Position numbers and translations under genes: made by a program | Part shown: positions 28,168 through 37,125 of the stretch, piece by piece | Layout: the number at the start of each line of letters is the position of its first letter | Position numbering within the stretch: the first letter of the stretch is position 1 | Source: an uncultured bacterium | Lineage (GTDB): Bacteria > Cyanobacteriota > Vampirovibrionia > Gastranaerophilales > Gastranaerophilaceae | Length of the DNA stretch: 64,000 nucleotides | Direction of reading: 5' to 3' | NCBI GenBank assembly: GCA_948433295.1 | Contig: CAOJDT010000001.1 | Span: 1,869 to 65,868, forward strand | The notes under the pieces: generated by a model | Database searches by the model: none | Told to the model about the DNA's origin: nothing | What the model saw: the letters and a program-made list of their open reading frames with translations, nothing else

Positions 28168-29760
28168 ATGACTTTTAATATAAAAGATTTTCAGAATAAA
28201 CTTTGGAAGACCGCTGATGATTTACGTGCAAATTCAAGTTTAAAATATAATGAATTTTCTACTCCGGTATTGGGATTGATATTTTTACGCTTTGCAGATT
28301 ATAGATTTCAAAAAGCTAAACCTGAAATAGAAAAATTAAAAACTTCATCTCGACGAGCTTTTGATGAGAAAAATGCTTATCAAGCACGAGGGATTCTGTT
28401 TGTACCGGAAAAAGCATCTTTTAACTATTTATTAAACTTGCCGGAAAGTGAGAGTATTGCAAAAGCGTTAAATGAGGCAATGTCATTAATTGAAGATGAA
28501 AATCCTATCTTAAAAGGTGTTTTGCCAAAAGGTTATGCGAGGATTCCTGATGATTTGTTAGTTGCTACAATGAAAGTATTTGCTGATGTAGATTTTGATA
28601 GAGAAAATGGGGATGTATTTGGTAAAGTTTACGAATTTTTCTTGGGCAAATTTGCTAGTTCAGAAGGTCAAAAAGGCGGAGAATTCTATACTCCGACTTG
28701 TTTAGTAAAATTGCTTGTTGAAATTATGAAACCATTCCATGGTAATGTATATGACCCAGCCTGCGGTTCAGGTGGTATGTTTGTCCAAACTGCCGAATTT
28801 GCCAAAAGAGAGAATAAAGATGAAGATAAGTCTGTCAACGATTTAATTACGGTAGAAGGACAAGAAAAAACAGAAGAAACAGTCAGATGGTGCAAGATGA
28901 ACCTTGCTGTGCATGGACTTGAAGGTGATGTAAAGCAAGCAAATAGTTTTTATGACGATGTTTTTGATTCGGTTGGGAAATATAATTTCGTACTTGCTAA
29001 TCCTCCATTCAATGTTGATGGTGTAGATAAAGAAAGACTAAAAGGAGATAAAAGATTTCCGTTTGGTTTACCAAAAGCTGATAATGCGAATTATTTATGG
29101 ATACAGATGTTTTACTCAGCATTAAAGACTCCGAAAGATGGCGAAAACGCACGTGCTGGTTTTGTAATGCCAAACTCTGCAAGCGATGCAAGACAAACTG
29201 AACAAGCTATAAGAGAAAAAATTATTAAAGATAACGCAGTTGATGTTATGATATCCGTGGGAAGTAATATGTTTCACAACGTAACCTTACCTTGTACTCT
29301 TTGGTTTTTAGATAAAGGAAAGAAAAATACAGACAGAAAAGATAAGGTTCTTTTTCTTGACGTAAGAGGAATTTATAATCAAATTGATAGAGCACACAGA
29401 GAATTTACTGATGAACAGATAGAATTTATTACAAATATTGTAAAACTTTATCGTGGTGAAAAACCTGATTATAAGTGGGGTAGTAAAAAATTAATATTAG
29501 AAAACTTCCCTAATGAAAAGTATCAAGATGTTAAAGGCTTGTGCAAAGTCGCAACCATTGAAGAAATAGAAAAACAAGGTTGGAGTTTGAATGCCGGTCG
29601 ATATGTCGGGGTGGCAGAAACCGAAGAAGAAAACTATGTTTTTGAAGAAAAACTCCAAGAATTAAATTCTGAACTTGAAAAGTTAAATAAAGAAGCAAAA
29701 GACCTCGAAAACAATATTGCACATAATATTAAAGAATTGTTAAGTCTGGGGGTAAAATGA
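28168..29760 (+). CDS. hsdM: Type I restriction-modification system methyltransferase subunit
   Basis: HsdM N-terminal helical domain, AdoMet motif DPACGSGGM, catalytic NPPF (LANPPFNV). Confidence 0.9.
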   Translation: MTFNIKDFQNKLWKTADDLRANSSLKYNEFSTPVLGLIFLRFADYRFQKAKPEIEKLKTSSRRAFDEKNAYQARGILFVPEKASFNYLLNLPESESIAKALNEAMSLIEDENPILKGVLPKGYARIPDDLLVATMKVFADVDFDRENGDVFGKVYEFFLGKFASSEGQKGGEFYTPTCLVKLLVEIMKPFHGNVYDPACGSGGMFVQTAEFAKRENKDEDKSVNDLITVEGQEKTEETVRWCKMNLAVHGLEGDVKQANSFYDDVFDSVGKYNFVLANPPFNVDGVDKERLKGDKRFPFGLPKADNANYLWIQMFYSALKTPKDGENARAGFVMPNSASDARQTEQAIREKIIKDNAVDVMISVGSNMFHNVTLPCTLWFLDKGKKNTDRKDKVLFLDVRGIYNQIDRAHREFTDEQIEFITNIVKLYRGEKPDYKWGSKKLILENFPNEKYQDVKGLCKVATIEEIEKQGWSLNAGRYVGVAETEEENYVFEEKLQELNSELEKLNKEAKDLENNIAHNIKELLSLGVK

Positions 29761-31016
29761 AATTAAATGATTTTTGTTATATCAATCCAGCAGAACAGTT
29801 GAATCGCAATGAAGAATATGAATTTATAGAAATGGCTGATTTAACTCCAGGAGATAGATACGTTTTTTCAAAACAAAAAAAAATATTTAATGGTAGTTTT
29901 TCTAAATTTTCCAATAAAGACACTTTGATGGCAAAAATTACTCCTTGTCTAGAGAATGGAAAAATATCACAATATATTGGAGAAAATAAAGCTTTTGGTT
30001 CTACGGAATTTAATATTTTTAGAGAAAAAGAAAATGTTTCGAATGCTGATTACTTATATTATTTAGTTAGCTCTACCATTGTAAAGGAACCTGCAATTAA
30101 AAGTATGTCAGGAGCAACTGGTAGACAAAGATCAAATTTAGATGAAATAAAACAAATAAATGTACCTGACTTCAATATAGCAATTCAAGAAAAAATAGCA
30201 AAAATTCTTTCAAATTACGATGATTTGATCGAAAACAACAATAAACGCATTAAGATTTTAGAAGAAATGGCACAAAAAATCTATAAAGAATGGTTTGTTG
30301 ATTTCAAATTCCCAGGACATGATGTTGCGACTTTCAAACAAACTAACCTTGGTATAATTCCAACCGATTGGGATTGTAAACCAATAGGAGAATTACTAAA
30401 ACACAAAATTGGTGGAGGTTGGGGTAATGAAGAAAAAGATCAAAAATATACAGAAAGGGCCTATGTTATTCGTGGAACCGATATTCCATACGGAAGAGAA
30501 GGTAATATTCAGAATTGCCCTTTACGATATCATACGAGTTCTAATATTAAAACTCGTTTATTACAAACTAATGATATTGTATTTGAAGTATCTGGGGGCA
30601 GTAAAGGACAACCTGTCGGAAGAGCATTGTTATTAAATAAAAATTTATTTAATCAATTTAAAGATAATGTTATTTGTGCAAGTTTTTGTAAGTTATTAAG
30701 AACTGATGTCGAACAAATCGTGCCAGAGTTATTATATTTACACCTGTTAAATATTTACAATAATGGAGAAATAGAAAAATATCAAACACAATCAACCGGT
30801 ATAATTAACTTTAAATTTACATTCTTTTTAGAAAGCGAGCAAATACTTGTGCCAAGTACCGATATTCAGGAATTATTCAAAAAAATAGCTGTACTTATTT
30901 TTGATGAAATATCATTGTTGGGTTATAAAAATCAAACTCTAAAGCAAACCCGTGATCTTCTTTTGCCACGCTTGATCTCCGATGAAATTAATGTTGAAAA
31001 TATGGAGATTTCGTAA
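29757..31016 (+). CDS. hsdS: Type I R-M specificity subunit
   Basis: Two target-recognition domains are separated by the conserved helical spacer (LIENNNKRIKILEEMAQKIYKEWF), with a C-terminal LLPRLISDE. It has a 4-nt ATGA overlap with hsdM. Confidence 0.85.
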   Translation: MKLNDFCYINPAEQLNRNEEYEFIEMADLTPGDRYVFSKQKKIFNGSFSKFSNKDTLMAKITPCLENGKISQYIGENKAFGSTEFNIFREKENVSNADYLYYLVSSTIVKEPAIKSMSGATGRQRSNLDEIKQINVPDFNIAIQEKIAKILSNYDDLIENNNKRIKILEEMAQKIYKEWFVDFKFPGHDVATFKQTNLGIIPTDWDCKPIGELLKHKIGGGWGNEEKDQKYTERAYVIRGTDIPYGREGNIQNCPLRYHTSSNIKTRLLQTNDIVFEVSGGSKGQPVGRALLLNKNLFNQFKDNVICASFCKLLRTDVEQIVPELLYLHLLNIYNNGEIEKYQTQSTGIINFKFTFFLESEQILVPSTDIQELFKKIAVLIFDEISLLGYKNQTLKQTRDLLLPRLISDEINVENMEIS

Positions 31017-31053
31017 TTTATAAATATTTTATGTTTTGTTTATAATATAAAAC

Positions 31054-31869
31054 ATGGCAAGAAAAAATATTTTTGAAATTATAGAAGAAAAATATGATCT
31101 AAAAGAAGAAATTGGCAAAATTGATTTCTTGTTTAATAATGCTCTTCTAATCATTCATAATAATTTAACTTTCCAACAGGAGCAAGGAAATGTTGAAGCT
31201 GTTGTACAGAACATGTTGTTTTTTAATTGGAAACAGCGTGGTTCGTCTTTAAATTGTGAAGAAGTTCGCAGAAAATTAGATATTGATTTAAATAAGTTCG
31301 AAAATGAAGATATTATAGTTCGCTTAGAATATTATTTAAACATTATTAGTCTGGTAAATACTAAATTAATGTATCCAAATTGTCAAAAGACTCAACAATT
31401 CGTTATGCTGGAAAAGAATATTGAAATTTTACTAGATCATTTAAATTACGAATATCTAGATATTAAAGAAGAGGAAAAAATTCTTTTAGTTCCTAAAAAT
31501 CCAGCTGCAACTTCAGTTGCAGAAATATCAACGAAAGATACTGCTATAGCAATATTAATGTACAATCATTCCTCATTAAAAGGTAATTTAAGTCAAAAAC
31601 AGAGTTTGTTGTTAAAAATATACATAGAGTATGAAAAATTGCTTAAAAAACCAATTGATGGATTTTCAGAATTTTTTGATAAAACTAAAGGTTTAATAAA
31701 TAAATTAAATATCAAGCACGACAATAAAAAAGAAATTTCAGATATAGATAATATTCAATTGGAAGAATGGTATGATGAATTATATCAACTACTATTATTT
31801 TGCGTTTTAATAAAAGATAATATTGAACGAAAAAATAAAGCAGGAAATTTTTTAAAAAGTTTAAAGTGA
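31054..31869 (+). CDS. Hypothetical protein embedded in the type I R-M operon (271 aa)
   Basis: Clean ORF 38 nt after hsdS, helical and Lys/Glu-rich. No recognisable motif. Confidence 0.5.
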   Translation: MARKNIFEIIEEKYDLKEEIGKIDFLFNNALLIIHNNLTFQQEQGNVEAVVQNMLFFNWKQRGSSLNCEEVRRKLDIDLNKFENEDIIVRLEYYLNIISLVNTKLMYPNCQKTQQFVMLEKNIEILLDHLNYEYLDIKEEEKILLVPKNPAATSVAEISTKDTAIAILMYNHSSLKGNLSQKQSLLLKIYIEYEKLLKKPIDGFSEFFDKTKGLINKLNIKHDNKKEISDIDNIQLEEWYDELYQLLLFCVLIKDNIERKNKAGNFLKSLK

Positions 31870-31910
31870 TTCACCTAATTTAACAAAACAGATGAAAACA
31901 TAAGCTTGCC

Positions 31911-32016
31911 TTGTATGTAAAAATAATGATAAAATTACACGCAAAGCAATTTGTGTTACTTTAGTTACTTACAAATTTGATTGTATGTAAAAATATTCAT
32001 AAAATTGCATGCAAAT
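31911..32016 (+). repeat. Two ~36-bp imperfect direct repeats with 70-bp spacing upstream of fic
   Basis: ttgtatgtaaaaataatgataaaattacacgcaaag (31911) versus ttgtatgtaaaaatattcataaaattgcatgcaaat (31981), about 31/36 identical. Confidence 0.8.
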
Positions 32017-32033
32017 TATATTCATGGTATAAT
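32005..32033 (+). promoter_or_regulatory. Putative sigma70-type promoter for fic-hsdR
   Basis: TTGCAT (32005-32010), 17 nt, then TGgTATAAT (extended -10, TATAAT at 32028-32033). An AGGAGA RBS and ATG 32053 follow. Confidence 0.55.
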
Positions 32034-32052
32034 TGTTTTAATAGGAGACAGT

Positions 32053-33162
32053 ATGACATATACACCTTCAAAACCTAATAAAATAGCTGATATTGAGATC
32101 GATTTTAGGCAATTTATATCTCTTATAGGTAAATCCCATTCGGCATTGTCTAATTATAATGGAGCATTGAGTCATTTAGTCAATCCTCAAATTCTTTTGG
32201 CACCAATGACGACAAAAGAATCAGCAATGTCATCTAAAATAGAGGGAACGCAGGCTACATTTACAGAAGTTTTGCAACATGATGCAGGAGAAAATTTTAA
32301 TACATATAAAAGCCAAGAGATTCAAGAAGTGCTTAATTATCGTTCAGCAATGACTTATGCTACAGAGTTATTGCAAGAAAGGCCTTTTATTCACTTGAAT
32401 ATGATTAGAGATATACACAAGGTTTTATTAAGTGGAGTAAGGGGTGAAAATAAAGCCAGAGGAGAATTTAGAAAAATTCAAAATTGGATAGGTCCTAAAA
32501 ATTCAACAATAGAAACCGCTTCTTTTGTTCCTCCTGCACCTAATGAAATTATTGATTATCTTGATGAATGGGAAAAATTTATTAATTCTGATTTTGAAGA
32601 TTTACTTGTGCAATTAGCGATTGTACATGCTCAATTTGAAATTATTCACCCCTTTCTAGATGGTAATGGAAGATTAGGCAGACTTTTAATTCCTATATTT
32701 TTGTATTCAAAAGAGTATCTTGCCCAGCCAATATTCTATTTAAGTGAATATTTTGAAACTCACAGAGAAGAATATTATACCCATTTAAGAAATATAACAG
32801 TAGAAAATAATTGGCAAGATTGGATTAAATTCTTTTTAAATGCAATTGTGGAACAATCAAAAATTAACACAGCTAAAATTAATCAAATATTAGAGCTTTC
32901 ACATAATATGAAAATTATTATACAAGAAACAACGAAATCTCAATATACAGCTAATATACTTGATACTATTTTTTCAAAACCAATTTTTTCAACAACAACA
33001 TTTTCAAAATTTGCAAATATTCCTAACAGGAAAACCGCAATTTCTATTTTGCAAAAACTTACAGAAAAAAATGTTATTCAATTAACAAGAGAAGCAAGTG
33101 GAAATAGAAGTAATTTGTATACATTCCAAAATTTGCTTGATATTATTGACGGAGACAACTAA
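32053..33162 (+). CDS. fic: Fic-family protein (AMPylase-type) with C-terminal wHTH
   Basis: Canonical Fic motif HPFLDGNGRLGRLL. The start is taken at ATG 32053 after AGGAGA, not the tracked TTG 31981. The stop overlaps the hsdR start (TAATG). Confidence 0.85.
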   Translation: MTYTPSKPNKIADIEIDFRQFISLIGKSHSALSNYNGALSHLVNPQILLAPMTTKESAMSSKIEGTQATFTEVLQHDAGENFNTYKSQEIQEVLNYRSAMTYATELLQERPFIHLNMIRDIHKVLLSGVRGENKARGEFRKIQNWIGPKNSTIETASFVPPAPNEIIDYLDEWEKFINSDFEDLLVQLAIVHAQFEIIHPFLDGNGRLGRLLIPIFLYSKEYLAQPIFYLSEYFETHREEYYTHLRNITVENNWQDWIKFFLNAIVEQSKINTAKINQILELSHNMKIIIQETTKSQYTANILDTIFSKPIFSTTTFSKFANIPNRKTAISILQKLTEKNVIQLTREASGNRSNLYTFQNLLDIIDGDN

Positions 33163-36100
33163 TGCATAAACTATCAGAAGAAGCATTTGAATTTGATTTG
33201 ATGACTGAGTGTGAACAAAAACTCGGATATAATCTTTTTGATGCCTCGTCTGAAATTATTGGAGGCGAAAATTCTACATTTGGTCGACAAACAACAGATG
33301 AAGTAATTCTTTCCAAAAATCTTCGCACTGCTCTTAAACGATTAAACCCAGAATTACCACAAGAAGCTTTAGATAATGCTTATTATGAATTAACGCAAGA
33401 TTTATCAACAAAGACTGCAATTGGTGCAAATAAGTACGTTTATTCTTTGTTAAAAGATGGTGTAAAAGTTCAATTTAAAGATAATAATGGAATAGATACA
33501 ACAGACATTGTTAAAGTCATTGATTTCCAAGAACCTCGCAATAATGAATATTTGCTTATTAGACAGTTTAAAATATCAGGTGAAAGGTATAACTGTAGAG
33601 CTGATTTAATATTATTCGTTAATGGTTTACCTTTAGTATTTATCGAATTAAAAGCAACTCATAAACATATTGAAAATGCCTTTAATGATAATATTACACA
33701 CTATAAAAAAGAAATTCCTCAAGTGTTTTGGTACAATGCATTTATTATAGTATCAAACGGAACGGATGCAAAATTCGGTACAATAACATCTAAATGGGAG
33801 CATTTTTCTGATTGGAAAAAGATTGACAACAATGACTCTAAGGGGATTATTTCAGCAGATACTTTAATGAAAGGTATGTGCAAGCCTGAAAATTTGTTAG
33901 ATATTATAGAAAATTACACCCTTTATCAAGAAGTTAAAGGTGGAATGATTAAAATCTGTGGAAAAAATCATCAGTTTTTAGGTGTTAATGCTGCTATAGA
34001 AAATTTTAAAATAAATACAGATGGAAAACTTGGTGTTTTTTGGCATACACAAGGCAGTGGAAAAAGTTTTTCAATGATATTTTTTGTTCAAAAAATACTT
34101 AGAAAGATTAAAGGCAATTGGACTTTTGTTGTTGTTACAGATAGATGCGATTTAGACGAACAAATTTATAAAAACTTTGTTTCAACAGGAGCAATTACAG
34201 AACAAAATGTTCAAGCTACAAGTAGAGAACATTTAAAACAGTTATTAAAAGAAGATCATAGAACAATTTTTACAATGATTCAAAAATTTGGCACAGAAAA
34301 AAAAGGACAAAATTTTGAACAGATTTCTGATAGAAATAACATTATTGTAATAACTGATGAGGCACACCGTACACAATATGGCACCTTAGCAATGAATATG
34401 AGAGAAGCTCTCCCAAATGCTAAATTTATTGCTTTTACCGGCACACCTTTAATGAAAGATGATGAAAAAACAAAGCTTGTGTTTGGTGATTATGTAAGTA
34501 AGTACACATTTAAACAGTCAATAGAAGATACTGCAACTGTTCCTTTGTATTACGAAGCCAGAATACCTGAAATGCAGATAATAAATGAAGATTTAGAAAA
34601 ACAGCTTCAAGATATTATTGATTCTGCTGATTTTTCAGAAGAACAAGAAGAAGAATTTGAAAAAGAATATGTAAATATGTATCAAGTAATTACAAGAGAA
34701 GACAGGCTTGATGCAATAGCAAAAGATGTAGTTGAACATTTTATAAATCGTGGTTTTATGGGTAAAGCAATGTATGTTGCAATAGATAAAGCTACTACAA
34801 TAAAAATGTATAATAAAGTTAAAGTTGAATGGGATAAATATATTAAAGTTCTTGAAAACAAACTAACAACAGCCAACGAAGATAATAAAGAAGTTTTGCA
34901 AAATCAAATTGATTACATGAAAGAAACTGATATGGCGGTCGTTGTTTCTTCTTCTCAAAATGAAGATGAACAAATGAAACAAAAAGGGGTTGATATTACA
35001 CCACACAGAACAAGAATGAAAAAAGAAGATTTAGCCACTAAATTTAAGGATAAAGAAGATAAATTAAGATTGGTTTTTGTTTGTGCAATGTGGGTTACCG
35101 GTTTTGACTGCCCAACTATTTCAACCCTTTATCTTGATAAAATTTTAAAAGAACATACACTAATGCAAACGATTTTAAGAGCAAATAGAGTTGCATTAGG
35201 TAATTACAATGGTTTAATTGTTGATTATATTGGCATATTTAAGGCATTACAAAAAGCATTAGCAATATATGGTGAACCTGCTGATGGAAGTGATTCAGAA
35301 GAAGAACCAGCGGAAACAAAAGCTGAATTGATTAAGCTTTTAGATTCAGAAGCTACAAAAATGAAAGATTTTCTTAATTCAAAAAATATTGATGTTGATA
35401 CAATATTTGATACAAGAGCTTTAGAATGTATAAAAAGAACAGAGGAAGCTGTTAATACAATATTAGAAACAGAAAAGGGCAAAACGGAGTTTCTAAAAGG
35501 AACGCAAAATCTAAAAGCATTATTTAAAGCAATTTTGCCTGATAGTGAAGCAAGAAGATTTGCAAAACTGGTTTTTGTTTGTTCAATTCTTTGTGCAAAA
35601 ATAAGAGAGGTTACAATTAAATCTATTGATAATACGGAAATCAAACAACTTGCTCAAAAAGTAGAAGAGCTGCTCAATGAATCAATAAATCTTAGATCTT
35701 ATGAAATAAAAGCCGGGGAAAAACTTGATTTAAGTAAAATAGATTTTGAAGAATTGCAACGAAGAATTTTAAAAGAAAAACAACGAGCATTGTTAGAAAA
35801 GCTTAAATCAACAATTAGTTCTAAACTTTCAATGATGTTAAAAATTAACGATATGAGAAAACATTTTCAAGAAAAATTTGAGCAGATTATTGATGAATAT
35901 AATGCAGGAAAGCTAACAATGGAGCAAATGTATGTTCAGTTAGTAGCCTTAACAAATGATTTAACTGCAGAAGAAAAACGCCATCTCGGTGAAAATTTAA
36001 CAGAAGAAGAACTCGCAATTCTTGATATTTTAACTAAACCTGAACCAAAACTTTCAAAAAAAGAATTTGAAACAGTAAAAGCTGCTGCGCAAAGGCTGGT

Positions 36101-36311
36101 AAAAGTTATAAAAAAAGAAAAATTAGTTTTGAATTGGCGTAAGAAACAATCTACAAGAGCAAAAGTTAAAGAAGCAATTGAAACAATTTGTGATGAAACG
36201 TTGCCTGAAATATATAATAAAGATTTATTTCAAGAAAAATGTAACCACATATATGACCATTTTTATGATTGTTATAATAATAGCAATGATAACATATACA
36301 ATGTAGCATAG
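33162..36311 (+). CDS. hsdR: Type I restriction endonuclease subunit R
   Basis: 1049 aa. N-terminal HsdR_N nuclease region (DLILFVNGLPLVFIELK), helicase motif I (HTQGSGKS), DEAH-like VITDEAHRTQ, C-terminal helical domain. Confidence 0.9.
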   Translation: MHKLSEEAFEFDLMTECEQKLGYNLFDASSEIIGGENSTFGRQTTDEVILSKNLRTALKRLNPELPQEALDNAYYELTQDLSTKTAIGANKYVYSLLKDGVKVQFKDNNGIDTTDIVKVIDFQEPRNNEYLLIRQFKISGERYNCRADLILFVNGLPLVFIELKATHKHIENAFNDNITHYKKEIPQVFWYNAFIIVSNGTDAKFGTITSKWEHFSDWKKIDNNDSKGIISADTLMKGMCKPENLLDIIENYTLYQEVKGGMIKICGKNHQFLGVNAAIENFKINTDGKLGVFWHTQGSGKSFSMIFFVQKILRKIKGNWTFVVVTDRCDLDEQIYKNFVSTGAITEQNVQATSREHLKQLLKEDHRTIFTMIQKFGTEKKGQNFEQISDRNNIIVITDEAHRTQYGTLAMNMREALPNAKFIAFTGTPLMKDDEKTKLVFGDYVSKYTFKQSIEDTATVPLYYEARIPEMQIINEDLEKQLQDIIDSADFSEEQEEEFEKEYVNMYQVITREDRLDAIAKDVVEHFINRGFMGKAMYVAIDKATTIKMYNKVKVEWDKYIKVLENKLTTANEDNKEVLQNQIDYMKETDMAVVVSSSQNEDEQMKQKGVDITPHRTRMKKEDLATKFKDKEDKLRLVFVCAMWVTGFDCPTISTLYLDKILKEHTLMQTILRANRVALGNYNGLIVDYIGIFKALQKALAIYGEPADGSDSEEEPAETKAELIKLLDSEATKMKDFLNSKNIDVDTIFDTRALECIKRTEEAVNTILETEKGKTEFLKGTQNLKALFKAILPDSEARRFAKLVFVCSILCAKIREVTIKSIDNTEIKQLAQKVEELLNESINLRSYEIKAGEKLDLSKIDFEELQRRILKEKQRALLEKLKSTISSKLSMMLKINDMRKHFQEKFEQIIDEYNAGKLTMEQMYVQLVALTNDLTAEEKRHLGENLTEEELAILDILTKPEPKLSKKEFETVKAAAQRLVKVIKKEKLVLNWRKKQSTRAKVKEAIETICDETLPEIYNKDLFQEKCNHIYDHFYDCYNNSNDNIYNVA

Positions 36312-36374
36312 CCGACTTGACTTCTTCTCTCTTAAGAGTGATGAATACGACACCTAAAGAAAAGGAGGTCGTAG

Positions 36375-36602
36375 ATGGAAAAAGTAGGTTTTAATATTAC
36401 GGACAAAGAATTTAAGTTATTAAGCAGAAAAACTGAGGCGGTTTATAATATAGCTGTTGTTGCTGATTATTTCTGTACCACACAGCAGGAAATAGAAGAG
36501 TTATACAATTTGACACCGATTATTAAAAATTTAAGAGCGGAAGCTGACTTTTTGAATGCATTTTTCATTCAAGCAGAAGGAAATAAAGATTCTTTAGTTT
36601 AA
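36375..36602 (+). CDS. Hypothetical protein (75 aa)
   Basis: AAGGAGG RBS 6 nt upstream of the ATG. No recognisable family. Confidence 0.35.
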   Translation: MEKVGFNITDKEFKLLSRKTEAVYNIAVVADYFCTTQQEIEELYNLTPIIKNLRAEADFLNAFFIQAEGNKDSLV

Positions 36603-36714
36603 ACAACGATTAAACCCCGTTCAAAAAGTGTTCAAAAGGCGTTCTATTGAATTTAATTTGTGCGAGTGTATATTTTTATTCAAATGACGATTTGGGAGCA
36701 ATAAACGGCTAAAA

Positions 36715-37125
36715 TTAAAAATCAAAATCCCATTTTTCGTCATCATTGAAGAAATCTTCTTCGGTATCTTGTTTTTTGATGGCAATATTGAGTAATTCTT
36801 CTAAAGTCAGTTTTTTAGTTTTTGGCTTAACCATTTCTTCAGTTATGTTTAGAAATTTATTCAGTCTTGAAACATCAATTTGCTGATTATTTGCCAAATC
36901 CTCGTTAAAATCATCAAGCATTTGGCGAACTAATTGATACATATCGTAATTAGTCAATGTTTGTTTCTTTAAAAATTCTTTTCGTTTTTCACCCCAATTA
37001 CCTTCTGCTTTCCATCGACGAACAGTCCTATCACTTACCCCAAGTCGTTTTGCGACTCCGACTTCGGTTATAAACTGCTCAACGTACATTTTTTCTGCTT
37101 TATCAAAATATTTATTTTTCTTCAT
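36715..37125 (-). CDS. YjcR/terminase-small-like HTH protein (136 aa)
   Basis: N-terminal HTH VGVAKRLGVSDRTVRRWKAEGNWGEKR, resembling phage terminase small-subunit/YjcR-type HTH. 4-nt overlap with the upstream transposase gene. Confidence 0.5.
   Translation of the reverse strand: MKKNKYFDKAEKMYVEQFITEVGVAKRLGVSDRTVRRWKAEGNWGEKRKEFLKKQTLTNYDMYQLVRQMLDDFNEDLANNQQIDVSRLNKFLNITEEMVKPKTKKLTLEELLNIAIKKQDTEEDFFNDDEKWDFDF

Noticed and set aside
31981-32052. N-terminal extensions in the ORF track: Fic from TTG 31981, the DUF3737 gene from 52235, the DUF3326 gene from 58903.
   Set aside because: The extensions run through promoter, operator or terminator sequences. Internal ATGs with good RBS (32053, 52289, 59047) coincide with the family N-termini.
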